From: Chthonomonadales bacterium
Lineage (GTDB): Bacteria; Armatimonadota; Chthonomonadetes; Chthonomonadales; CAJBBX01
Length of the DNA stretch: 64,000 nucleotides
Assembly: GCA_038229495.1 (NCBI GenBank)
Contig: JBBROJ010000005.1
Location: 5,771 to 69,770 of the forward strand
Reading direction: 5' to 3'
Shown here piece by piece: positions 1-9,612 of this stretch (position 1 is the first letter of the stretch; each line of letters opens with the position of its first letter). The translations under genes were made by a program, and so were the position numbers. The notes beneath the pieces were generated by a model. That model made no database searches. It was given only the letters and a program-made list of their open reading frames with translations, and was not told the DNA's origin.

Positions 1-1307
1 CGTTCCCGGAGACATTTGCCGATCCGACTCCCGCGGCCGCACTGGGCCTAAGCGTGAACGATTTCGGCCTGTTGCGATGGAATCCGGCCATCGGACAATA
101 CCAGGCGGTCTCGCGCTTAGTTCCTGGCGAGGGCTACTGGCTGAGCCTTGCCGCCTCAAAGACCGTTACGCTCAAAAATGCGTCTCCCATCCCGGTCGGG
201 AGCCAACCCTTCGAGATCCGGTTGCAGAACGGATGGAACCAGATCGGCAATCCTTTCCTTCGGATTGTCAATTGGTCCGACGTGCAGGTGCTCACCAGCG
301 ACGCCGTGGACCCGAACTATCTTAAGTCGCTGTCAATCGATCAGGCCGCCGCCGCCGGACTCATCCAGTCCGCAATATTCCGATACGACACGACGGACCA
401 GTCCTACAAGTTTGATCCAACGACCAACACCGATCTCGTGCCCTTCGTAGGGTACTGGGTGAAGGCGCTGAAATCGAACGTATCGCTGCTGGTTTCGCCG
501 CCGCCGATCAGTCGAGCCGCCCGCGCGGCAGTAACTGCGTCGAATGGGACGAACGCCGGGACGAGGGCCAACAACTGGAAGCTCTCCATCATCGCCTCGA
601 GCGCGGGAGTCACCGATGCTGCCAACTACATCGGCCTGGCTTCCAACGCGGTTGACGGGTTAGACAAGAACGACATCGAGAAGCCGCCGGCTGCCAAGCA
701 GGGACTCAGCGTCGGCCTTGCCGGAAGCGCGCAGTCCGGGCGCGCCGGAGTGCTGGCGCAGGACATTCAGCAGGCCAATGGTCTGCGCAAGACATGGAAT
801 CTCCTGGTGACCACGCCCACGCCCAAGCAGGACGTAACACTATCCTGGCCGGACATCAGCACGCTGCCACGCGGTTATGAGCTGTTCATCACAGACAGCG
901 CTACTGGGCAGCGGCGCCAGATGAGGCAAACGCCGTCCATGCGCATCAATACAGGAGATGCGTCGACCCGCGCCTTCGTGATTACCGCCGAACCGCGGAC
1001 GGGAGCAGCCGTATTTGCGCTGAATCTCCAGACGCGTTCGAGCCGGGCCGCCAACGCTACGACGATAGAGGTTGGCAGTACCCAGGACGCTACGTTGGCG
1101 GTGAGAGTCAAAGGGTCCAGCGGACAGACAATCCGAACGCTGACCGGGCGTTCCGCTTCTCTGGGAAACTCTGCCACGTACGTGTGGGATAATCGCGACG
1201 CCAAAGGTTCCGCGGTAGCAGCGGGAGCCTACATCATAGAGGTTACGGGAACGACTTCCGACGGGGAGACCCGCAGAGTCGCTCAGCCACTCGTAATCGT
1301 TCGCTAA
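1..1307 (+). CDS. 3' portion of a large secreted surface protein (5'-truncated by the window edge) with an FlgD-Ig-like C-terminal domain
   Basis: The frame is open from nt 3 to the stop at 1307. The C-terminus 'YVWDNRDAKGSAVAAGAYIIEVTG' fits the FlgD Ig-like pattern. The 417 aa align by eye with the last ~400 aa of the next ORF ('LLRWNPAIGQY..GEGYW..GWNQIGNPF'). Confidence 0.75.
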   Translation, partial: FPETFADPTPAAALGLSVNDFGLLRWNPAIGQYQAVSRLVPGEGYWLSLAASKTVTLKNASPIPVGSQPFEIRLQNGWNQIGNPFLRIVNWSDVQVLTSDAVDPNYLKSLSIDQAAAAGLIQSAIFRYDTTDQSYKFDPTTNTDLVPFVGYWVKALKSNVSLLVSPPPISRAARAAVTASNGTNAGTRANNWKLSIIASSAGVTDAANYIGLASNAVDGLDKNDIEKPPAAKQGLSVGLAGSAQSGRAGVLAQDIQQANGLRKTWNLLVTTPTPKQDVTLSWPDISTLPRGYELFITDSATGQRRQMRQTPSMRINTGDASTRAFVITAEPRTGAAVFALNLQTRSSRAANATTIEVGSTQDATLAVRVKGSSGQTIRTLTGRSASLGNSATYVWDNRDAKGSAVAAGAYIIEVTGTTSDGETRRVAQPLVIVR

Positions 1308-1588
1308 TTCAATACCGGGACTGACCCGCTCGCGGTCTCCGGCGTCAGTCGGGGCCGCAGGCCGGCAGTTATACAATTAAGTAATTCTGCCTTTACATAT
1401 TCCAGTCCCACCCCCAGGACAAAAGCGGGCGCCGCATCTGGTGATTCCGCAGCAAGGCCAATCAAGAAGGCGAAAGCGATTCTAAAATCGCTTCGCTAAG
1501 CGGCTCAGGTACAGGAGAACATGCGCTCCGCGGCCTGAAGGCGCTCGTAACCGAATTCCATAACCAAGTGGGTTCAGGGGAGAGATTT

Positions 1589-4500
1589 ATGAAACGTCTA
1601 TCCAGCGTGTTAAGCAGGGCCGCGGCCCTCGTGCTATTTGGCGCGCTAATAGTTAACCGGGCTAGCGCAGTACCGACCATTACAACCCCAGAGGTCCTGG
1701 CGACAACTGTTGCCGGCCTTGAGACCGGTACGGACAATACACAGTTTGTTTTTCGGGCAGACATTACCCGAAGCGGCAATACCGTGGCGCTTATTACAGC
1801 GCCGGGACCTGACGCGCCTCGCGTAGTAATTGATCCCTTCGATCCCGCTAACCCCGAATTCGGCGGCGCATCGACATTTCCCATGGTGCAAATGCCCAAC
1901 ACGAACATGTGGTTTGTATATGTAAGAGGTTCGTTGTTAAACGGCGGATCCAGTGGTTTTGGCAGGCAGCATACGTGGTCTATTCTCGCCCGCGAAGCGC
2001 CGGATACGGGCGGTACGCTCATGAACGGGACCAATGCGGCTCCGAAATCCGGCAATTTAAGGGTCGAACCCTCGTCAGGACCGTCAACCGTCTCAATTAT
2101 CCCCGTTCTCCGCAGGGCCGACGGCTCCTACGTGGACGACAAGAGACTAATTCCTGGGCAGCTCGGAAACGGCCTTCGCCTTGACCCGGAAGACACTACC
2201 GCGCCAAACGACGGCGGCAGCGCGCACTTTTATACTTTCCGCGTCCGCGTGGTCACGCGCGGAGGCCTGCCGCTTCAATACGTCAAGCGACGAGAGACCT
2301 TCGAGTGGCGCGACCATAGATACGATCAGCCGCCGTTTGCCAGCGATGGAACGATAGGTTCTGGATTCCTGGTGCTCAACTACAACACAGGCGTCGATCT
2401 TGCCCTAATCGATCCCGACGGAAATACCCACTTCTGCGCGATGGAGATTGACCCCGAAGCCCCGAACGGCGGGGTCAATCAAGGCGCGGTCTATTTACCC
2501 GACACCCGGTATCCAAACACGTTCGTGCACCCGCAGGGAAGCGGGCAATACAGCGGGGGCGGCGTATATTACAGATACCGCATGCTTCCGACACAGCACA
2601 TTTTCAACTGGAACACGTCACTGCCCGGCGAAGGGCCGTTTACCGCATTTGGCGGGCCCTCTCTGCCGGATTCACTGCCCGCCATTCCGATTGGCTTCAA
2701 CATTGGGCAGAACCCGCTGGCAGTGGGACCCGAGATCATTGGCCGCCCATTCGCGAATGAGTATGTCGGCTTTGCGGGGCAGGACCGCACCACGTCGAGA
2801 GGCAGCACCGCGCCTCCTTTCCCGAACTACACCAACACATTTCATCGCGCGGGGCAGTGGCGTTACTACTTCATTGCTTCAACCGATCTGCGCCCGCCGA
2901 GAAGAGCCGGATTTCCCACAAATGGAGATCAAGCAACCTCATTGTCTCAGGACGCCCTCGTTGATTTATATGGCGCGGATGAAGGTGCGTACGGTTCAGG
3001 ACGAGACAGCGATGACGCCGGAAATCCTGTTTTTAATTTCAACCCTTACGGGCATCCGTTCGTGGGCGTACTCCTTTCGGATGGCGGCTGGACGGACGAT
3101 CTCCCCGAGAATAACCATCCGGGCACACGCGGCAATTCGTTTCGCTCCCGCGTGACGACTAAAACACGCGTACGGTTTATGGTGCGTGTAACGAAGGCCG
3201 ACGAGACACCGCTTCCACTGCAGGCAGTACGCGTATATATCGATGACACCCCGCATTCTATGCAGATACTGAACAGCGAGTTGTATCGAAATGGAAAAAC
3301 GTTTTACTTCGATACAACTTTTGCGAATACCAATCAGGTAGGACAGCATCGCATCTATTTCCAGGTTGATGCGGGAGGGCCCGTTGGAGGCAATTTCAGT
3401 GCTATCTGGCCTCGTCGCGACTGGGGCGGCCCGAACTCCGGGGAGAGCACGGGAGATGGCCGATACGTCGATCCGCAGTCTCTGTTAGCTCCCTACGGTT
3501 TCGTGGATAACACGGCCATCAATTTCGGCACGCTGCAGCGGGTGGGCAAGAACTACCTGCTGGAGCCGCTGGTAAACAGCCGCCCGGTTCTCTCGAATCC
3601 CTCTGTTACGCCGCCATCAGGCTCCGAAGGCCAGCCGTTCACTTTCGAGATTACTTATACCGATGCGGACAATGATCCTCCGGTGAACGCATTTGTTGTC
3701 GTGAACGATCCTAACCAGCCTGAGCAGCAGTACACGATGAATATCGACCCCGCCACGCCGCTGCCGGTCAACTATCGCAATGGCGTCAAGTATCGATTCA
3801 CGGTCACGCTGCCGGTCACGCTCGATACGTCTCACTTCTATTACTTCAAATTCCGCGATAACTGGAACAACTTCCAGTCTTATGGGATTAGCACCATCCG
3901 CCGCGAGTTCGGAGAGTGGGCAACCCTGCCCTCGGGTGATGATAACGGCGTTCCCTCTTCCAAATTTGCGGGCCCGATTATCACGTCCAACAAAAGGAGC
4001 GTTCTGTCCGACGCCGCGTTCTCGTTTAGCGATCCGGCCCAGACATCCGCGACCTTCTACGACTTCCTGATAAAGTACAGCGATGGCGATAATCAGCCGC
4101 CGGCCAACATTAAGTTCTATCTTAGCAGTAATGGCGGAGCCTCTTACGATGCCGGCACCGCGCTCGTCCCTGCGGAAAGCAGCACGAACTACGTCACAGG
4201 TGTCCTTTATCATCTTCCGAATCGGATACAACTAAAAACGTCTGTACCTGTCGGGAGTAATTACCGTTATAAGTTCGTTTCAAGCGACGGAGTGCAAGCG
4301 ACGGATACTACTCTGATCAGAGTAGGATCCGGCCAGCGGGACAATACGGCGCACGAGCTAAAATCGGTTGGCGGCTCGCCCGTAACCTTCGGCGATCCGA
4401 ATGGAACCGCGTTCAATCCCTCTACCAAGGACTGGACCGCCGGGTCGTTCCTACTATATTTGGTGGACGGCAATGACGTGCCGCTAATCACCCAGCCAAC

Positions 4501-7500
4501 CTTGGGAGTGGACTATAACGTCAACCTCGCAAACGGGACAGTCACATTCAACGCGCCGCCGCCGGGTCGAGTAAAAGTTTCATACTTCTATCTCGACAAC
4601 GTAGGCCCGACGGTCAAAGACAATACGGCTCCAACGCTTACCGCACCCGGCCCGGCGTCAACGTCGACAAACGACGGCACTATCAACCAACTGACGGGTA
4701 CTCCGGCGTTTGACTTCAAGTACAATGTCATCTACACGGACCCGGATAACCAGCCGCCGACGTATGTGAACGTCGTCATCGACACCAATCAGACAGTCGC
4801 CATGACGGTCGTTGCCGGGCAGGCAACTCCCCTCGATTACACGCGAGGCGTGACGTATGAGACGGGCAAAGTTAACCTGACCGTTGGCTCCCACAGCTAC
4901 CATTTCGAGGCATCGGATGGGGCGGCTATAGCTCGCTTGCTGGCAGCTCCCAACGAGTATCAGGGGCCGACGGTTACCGACCCGACCAACCTGACGAGCC
5001 CCTTGATTCAGCCGTTCCCCAAGGGCAAGTCCAACGATAACTACACCTTCACCATCACCTACAAGAGCGCGCAAGGGAACGCGCCGCCCAGCGGAGGCAT
5101 TGAGGTCAAGCTCACGCCGGTCGCCCCCCTCGCGCCGAATCAGGTACCCATAACGGCGCTGCTAAACGCCATTGATCCGATCGGACCCGCCGAGTTCATG
5201 GCAGGAGTGAGATTCCAGACGCAGCTGACGGCAACGTCCACGCCGGGTCCGAATAAATTGCTTCCGGGAAAGTACGACGTAACTTTCGACTTCCCGAGTA
5301 ACCCAAGTTCCGGCACCGCGCCGTTACAGTTGATTGTGAACGGGCGGCCGAATCTGTACAACGCGGCAGTCGCTCCAAATCCGTCAACCCGATCGGGCGA
5401 CATCATATTCTCGGTCACCTATCAGGACGTGAATGGCGATCCGCCGCAGCGGCCTGCCGGAGGCGCTTCTACTATTAAGTTGTTCACTACGGTTGCGGGA
5501 GTAGAAACCGAGTATATCAAGACGCCTGTTACAACCATTCCGGCTTCGCCAACGGCGGCCGACTTCAAGGCCGGCGTAACCTATAGGTGGGCTGTAGCCG
5601 CAGCGGACTATGTGCCCGGCACCTACTCCTTCAGGATAGAAGCGAAGGACGACCTCGAAGATGCCATTCCGCCAAGCACCACGACAGTGGACGGCACGTT
5701 CACCGTCACTGCCGCGGCGCTGCCGACGCTTAACGAGCCTTCACCCGGAACGCCCGCAACCAATAACGGAACAGTAACACCGCTGAAGGGCGCGAAGGCG
5801 GCAACGTTTACTTACTCGGTAATCTACAAGCATGCGGACAACGTTGCGCCTGCGCCCAGAGTTGGGACCACAGGGCTGGGCACAACGGGAATCCAGCTGA
5901 TAATTGACGAGGGCACGCCAACTGCTCAGGTTATCGATCTTCAGCCGGACCCGGCGGCAACGCAGCCATATAACTACGCAAACGGCGTGAAGTATACGTA
6001 TGTCGCGCCTTCGGGTTCACTCGCATCGGGCGCCCACACGTACTACTTCAAAGTGGCGGACCGCCTGACAACGGCGGTGTTACCGGTAACGCCGGGCCAG
6101 AAGTATAACGGCCCAACGGTCAACTTTGTACCGTCGCTCAGCGCTCCATCGGTGCAGGTCGTTGGCTCGGCAGCAGCATCAACGGTTACGAACAACGCAC
6201 TGACGCCACCGATCACGACGAACACCAAGTCCCAGATCGTGTTCAAGGTGACCTACACGGACTCCGACTACGTTCCGGGGAGCCCGGCTCCCACGGTTAC
6301 TGTAACCGTAGCGCCAAGCCAGGTGATTACGCTAAACCCGCCTGCCGGGCAGAACGACTTCACCGCCGGAATCGTATTTACGTCCGACCCGCAGGGCGCG
6401 ATTCCCCCTGGAGCGAAGACGTTCCACTTCGACGCTACCGACCAGCTCGATACGGTTAGGCTGCCGGCAGGCACGACCGAGATCTCCGGGCTGACCATAG
6501 CTAATGTTGCCAGCCTGGACAAGGTGTCGGCCATCACGGCGCAGGACCCGCTGGGCGGCGTGCTGACGCCACTCACCGGGCCGTTGTCCACCACGTTCAC
6601 GTACAGCGTGCTGTATATGAACTCAGACAACACGCCGCCTTCGTTTGTAAACCTCATTATCGATGAGGCTACAAATAAGGTCGTGGTGCCGCTCACAAAG
6701 CTAACCTCGGGTAACAACTTCGTTACGGGAGTTGTCTACCAGGGACAGTACCGTTTCAAGACCGGCGGGACGCACAACTTCCGGTTCGAGACGGCCGATG
6801 CGGTGAGCCCAACCTACATAGCCAAGTATCCGGCAGACGGATCGGTCATTGCCGGCCCGACCGTCAACGAGGCCAAGTTCGCCGACCCGACGTTCAATCC
6901 GGCGAAGCCGACCGTCAGCCAGCCGGTGACCGTTAACACGCAGTTAATTACTACGCCGCTGCGCGCCACGGACATTGCGGTCCAACTGGTTAGGCCGGAC
7001 GGGACCGGAGTGAGCGACACCGCCCACTCCGCCGCGGACGGCACCATCGCTTACACCTTTACTCCGACCGAGACGGGTGATTGGAGAATCAGGTTCAGTT
7101 GGGCGGGTGAACCCGGCGTTTACGATGCTGTTACGCAGGAGTTCTCCTTCGCCGTCACCGGATACCAGATTTCACTCGATTCCGGTCAGTTGGATATGAT
7201 CTCTTCGCCGCTCGTACCGGTAACGCCCGATCCGACCATTACACTGGGCGTGACGGACGGCTCTAGTAATCCGTTGGCCGTCACCGTGTTGAATCTAATC
7301 AAATGGTCGCCTGCTCTCGGACAGTACCTGCTGCTCAATCAGGACGGCAACTTCCCCGGCATGACGGGGGGAGAAGGCTTCTGGGTACGCCCGAGCCAGA
7401 GCGTTGTTCTCAACCCGAGAGGGAAGGTCGTTGATCAGACCCAGCCATTCACCATCCCGCTTGTAACGGGCTGGAACATGGTCGGCTCCGTGTACCTCCA

Positions 7501-8482
7501 GGACATCAACTGGAGCGCGGCGAAGGTCAGGGTCAACGGACAGTTGATCAATATGGCGGACGCCGGCCAGTATGTACGGCCCATCGCTTGGACGTACAGC
7601 AAGCAGGCGGGCGGCTACCAAATGGTCACCCTTCCTGACGGCGTGTTTAAGACGGGGAGAGGCTATTGGGTCCACGCCGTTCAGAACACTGACCTCGTAC
7701 TCTCGCCGCCCGGAACTCGCGCCGCTAACGAGGGCCGAGACGCCGTTCAGCGCTCTGTCAGCCTGCAAATCATGGCTCGCAGCGGCCCGGTGAGCGATCA
7801 GGATAACTACGCTCCGCTCACCTCCGCGGGCAACTCCCGCCTGGCGCTGCAGGAGAAACCGCCGTACTTCGGCGAGCATGTGAATATCCGCCTGCTCACG
7901 GAGAAGGTCGAGCTCACCGGCGAGACCCGCGCGGCGGCGGCGAACGCCAGCAACGTCGTTGTATTCGAGGTCGAAACGGATCGTGCGAACAAGGACGTCA
8001 CCGTCCAGTTCCCGAACCTGAGCGTGCTCGGACGCAAAACCGAGGTCACGCTTGTCGACCTGGCCACGAACACGCGCAGCGCCCTGGGAACGACCGCCGG
8101 TCTCACGTACAACACTGGAGATAACGCGAAACCGCATCGATTCGCAGTCATCATGAATACTGCGACCATCAGCGGCAGGCTGCTCATCTCCAGCATGGCG
8201 GCCTCGGGCGGGAATAGCCGCAGCCCGGCAATCTCGTTCTCCTACAACATCTCGGGCGGAGCAACCGTCAAGGCCCAGATTGTTGGAGGAGCCGGCAGCC
8301 AGGTCATCCGTACCCTCGACGCCGGACGCGCTGTCCCGCAAGGCGTGAACAACGTCGTCTGGGATGGCAAGGACAACAAGGGCGTGCCGGTGGCCTCGGG
8401 CAGCTACATACTCAAAATAACGGCCACGGACGACAAGGGACACAATGCCAATGGTGTCCTGCCGGTAACCGTAGTCCGCTAA
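1589..8482 (+). CDS. Giant (~2297 aa) secreted surface or adhesin-like protein with tandem Ig-like modules and an FlgD-Ig-like C-terminus
   Basis: The ATG at 1589 is preceded by GGGGAGAG. Signal peptide 'MKRLSSVLSRAAALVLFGALIVNRASA'. At least 8 modules carry 'F.F.V.YTD.DN.PP'. C-terminus 'VVWDGKDNKGVPVASGSYILKITATD'. A single uninterrupted 6.9 kb ORF. Confidence 0.85.
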   Translation: MKRLSSVLSRAAALVLFGALIVNRASAVPTITTPEVLATTVAGLETGTDNTQFVFRADITRSGNTVALITAPGPDAPRVVIDPFDPANPEFGGASTFPMVQMPNTNMWFVYVRGSLLNGGSSGFGRQHTWSILAREAPDTGGTLMNGTNAAPKSGNLRVEPSSGPSTVSIIPVLRRADGSYVDDKRLIPGQLGNGLRLDPEDTTAPNDGGSAHFYTFRVRVVTRGGLPLQYVKRRETFEWRDHRYDQPPFASDGTIGSGFLVLNYNTGVDLALIDPDGNTHFCAMEIDPEAPNGGVNQGAVYLPDTRYPNTFVHPQGSGQYSGGGVYYRYRMLPTQHIFNWNTSLPGEGPFTAFGGPSLPDSLPAIPIGFNIGQNPLAVGPEIIGRPFANEYVGFAGQDRTTSRGSTAPPFPNYTNTFHRAGQWRYYFIASTDLRPPRRAGFPTNGDQATSLSQDALVDLYGADEGAYGSGRDSDDAGNPVFNFNPYGHPFVGVLLSDGGWTDDLPENNHPGTRGNSFRSRVTTKTRVRFMVRVTKADETPLPLQAVRVYIDDTPHSMQILNSELYRNGKTFYFDTTFANTNQVGQHRIYFQVDAGGPVGGNFSAIWPRRDWGGPNSGESTGDGRYVDPQSLLAPYGFVDNTAINFGTLQRVGKNYLLEPLVNSRPVLSNPSVTPPSGSEGQPFTFEITYTDADNDPPVNAFVVVNDPNQPEQQYTMNIDPATPLPVNYRNGVKYRFTVTLPVTLDTSHFYYFKFRDNWNNFQSYGISTIRREFGEWATLPSGDDNGVPSSKFAGPIITSNKRSVLSDAAFSFSDPAQTSATFYDFLIKYSDGDNQPPANIKFYLSSNGGASYDAGTALVPAESSTNYVTGVLYHLPNRIQLKTSVPVGSNYRYKFVSSDGVQATDTTLIRVGSGQRDNTAHELKSVGGSPVTFGDPNGTAFNPSTKDWTAGSFLLYLVDGNDVPLITQPTLGVDYNVNLANGTVTFNAPPPGRVKVSYFYLDNVGPTVKDNTAPTLTAPGPASTSTNDGTINQLTGTPAFDFKYNVIYTDPDNQPPTYVNVVIDTNQTVAMTVVAGQATPLDYTRGVTYETGKVNLTVGSHSYHFEASDGAAIARLLAAPNEYQGPTVTDPTNLTSPLIQPFPKGKSNDNYTFTITYKSAQGNAPPSGGIEVKLTPVAPLAPNQVPITALLNAIDPIGPAEFMAGVRFQTQLTATSTPGPNKLLPGKYDVTFDFPSNPSSGTAPLQLIVNGRPNLYNAAVAPNPSTRSGDIIFSVTYQDVNGDPPQRPAGGASTIKLFTTVAGVETEYIKTPVTTIPASPTAADFKAGVTYRWAVAAADYVPGTYSFRIEAKDDLEDAIPPSTTTVDGTFTVTAAALPTLNEPSPGTPATNNGTVTPLKGAKAATFTYSVIYKHADNVAPAPRVGTTGLGTTGIQLIIDEGTPTAQVIDLQPDPAATQPYNYANGVKYTYVAPSGSLASGAHTYYFKVADRLTTAVLPVTPGQKYNGPTVNFVPSLSAPSVQVVGSAAASTVTNNALTPPITTNTKSQIVFKVTYTDSDYVPGSPAPTVTVTVAPSQVITLNPPAGQNDFTAGIVFTSDPQGAIPPGAKTFHFDATDQLDTVRLPAGTTEISGLTIANVASLDKVSAITAQDPLGGVLTPLTGPLSTTFTYSVLYMNSDNTPPSFVNLIIDEATNKVVVPLTKLTSGNNFVTGVVYQGQYRFKTGGTHNFRFETADAVSPTYIAKYPADGSVIAGPTVNEAKFADPTFNPAKPTVSQPVTVNTQLITTPLRATDIAVQLVRPDGTGVSDTAHSAADGTIAYTFTPTETGDWRIRFSWAGEPGVYDAVTQEFSFAVTGYQISLDSGQLDMISSPLVPVTPDPTITLGVTDGSSNPLAVTVLNLIKWSPALGQYLLLNQDGNFPGMTGGEGFWVRPSQSVVLNPRGKVVDQTQPFTIPLVTGWNMVGSVYLQDINWSAAKVRVNGQLINMADAGQYVRPIAWTYSKQAGGYQMVTLPDGVFKTGRGYWVHAVQNTDLVLSPPGTRAANEGRDAVQRSVSLQIMARSGPVSDQDNYAPLTSAGNSRLALQEKPPYFGEHVNIRLLTEKVELTGETRAAAANASNVVVFEVETDRANKDVTVQFPNLSVLGRKTEVTLVDLATNTRSALGTTAGLTYNTGDNAKPHRFAVIMNTATISGRLLISSMAASGGNSRSPAISFSYNISGGATVKAQIVGGAGSQVIRTLDAGRAVPQGVNNVVWDGKDNKGVPVASGSYILKITATDDKGHNANGVLPVTVVR
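3590..6800 (+). repeat. Protein-level tandem array of at least 8 divergent ~100-110 aa modules inside the giant ORF
   Basis: Recurrent 'P..G....F.F.(V/I).Y.D.D(N/G).PP ... G(V)(K/T)Y ... H.Y.F.A.D', e.g. 'FTFEITYTDADNDPP', 'FKYNVIYTDPDNQPP', 'FTYSVLYMNSDNTPP'. The DNA copies are diverged. Boundaries are approximate. Confidence 0.65.
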
Positions 8483-8560
8483 TTCAGGGATATGACGGCT
8501 AATAGAGAGAGGCTCTCAACGACGCGGGCCTCTCTCCTCTCAGGAGGAAACTCAATTACC

Positions 8561-9439
8561 ATGAGAATGTTCCCAGTGCGCCGCGGTCCGGCACATTTCA
8601 GCCGGACCGCGGCTGGCCGCAGCGCGCATAATATGCTTCAGGTTTGCGCCATCGGGCTGCTGGCAGTCTCCGCAATCTGCGGGCGTACTGCCGCGTCCCC
8701 GGAAGGTTCCGCAACGGTCAACCTATCGCAGGCAGTCAAGCGAACGGTCCTCGTATTCCCATTTGACATGCCGTCAAGCGAGCCGCCGTCAAAGGCGCCC
8801 CCAAATAAGGATGAGGTATCGCAGCTGCTGACCGATACGGTCGTGTCGCGCCTTCTGGCGTCCGGTCAATATACGGTAGTCCAGTACCACCAGACGCTCC
8901 CGCCCGTTGCCCGTCTGCATCTGGACCAGCAGTTGACGGACACCGATGTTAAGCCTCCATTTGCCGAGGATACAACCAAAGCAACGAAGATCACCAAGCT
9001 CGTAGGCTACGACATCGCATTTCTTGGCGCAGTGGACGAATATACCTACAATGAAGCCGATAACCTGGCGGATGTAGTTGTGCGCGGCCAGCTCGTGGAT
9101 GTAAAAACAGGCAAGAGCATCGGCCCTCCTGTAATTCTCAAGGCATCCGGCGTCAAGGGCGGCACAGCCAAGGAACCAGCCAAGGCGATGGAAGCTGCGC
9201 GAGCAGCCGGCGGTCAACTTGCCCAAAAGCTTGTTCCTTTATCGACCGCGCCCATTCAGCAGCCCACGAATCCGATAACGAACAAGCCCGCGACCGAGCC
9301 TCACAAAAAGCGCCGCAATAACAGCGGTCTTTTGCTCGGCCTTCTGGCAGTGGGCCTCGGCATAGGGATTGGGCTGGCAAGCAGCGGCGGCGGCCACGGA
9401 AACTCCGCCGGCAACGACACTCCGCCCGCGCCGCCCTAG
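8561..9439 (+). CDS. Secreted or membrane-anchored protein with a CsgG/LpoB-like alpha/beta domain and a C-terminal TM segment
   Basis: AGGAGGAAA lies ~10 nt upstream of the ATG at 8561. Hydrophobic leader 'LQVCAIGLLAVSAICG'. 'VLVFPFDMP...VVSRLLASGQYTVVQ...LVGYDIAFLGAVDEY...VVVRGQLVDVKTGK' resembles CsgG/LpoB/FlgO-type domains. C-terminal 'LLLGLLAVGLGIGIGLA'. The start is uncertain (ORF opens at 8492). Confidence 0.6.
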   Translation: MRMFPVRRGPAHFSRTAAGRSAHNMLQVCAIGLLAVSAICGRTAASPEGSATVNLSQAVKRTVLVFPFDMPSSEPPSKAPPNKDEVSQLLTDTVVSRLLASGQYTVVQYHQTLPPVARLHLDQQLTDTDVKPPFAEDTTKATKITKLVGYDIAFLGAVDEYTYNEADNLADVVVRGQLVDVKTGKSIGPPVILKASGVKGGTAKEPAKAMEAARAAGGQLAQKLVPLSTAPIQQPTNPITNKPATEPHKKRRNNSGLLLGLLAVGLGIGIGLASSGGGHGNSAGNDTPPAPP

Positions 9440-9612
9440 CGTATCTCTCTGCCAAATATTCAGTGAGCGAGGAGGCGGCGGCGCTAATCGTGCCCGCCAA
9501 GAATAGTGCCTCCTCCTCCTCGCTTACTCATAACATGATACGTACCAGCGTGGTTCATAAACGCGCTGCATTCGCCCCCTGCCTCCCGCCGTCGCTGCAC
9601 GCCCGCAACACG

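Noticed and set aside
7295-8443. 382-aa minus-strand ORF inside the giant surface-protein gene (likewise 3617-4231, 4658-5074 and 6268-6717)
   Set aside because: These ORFs are embedded antisense in a continuous 6.9-kb ORF with a signal peptide and modular repeats. Their composition is typical of GC-rich antisense frames.
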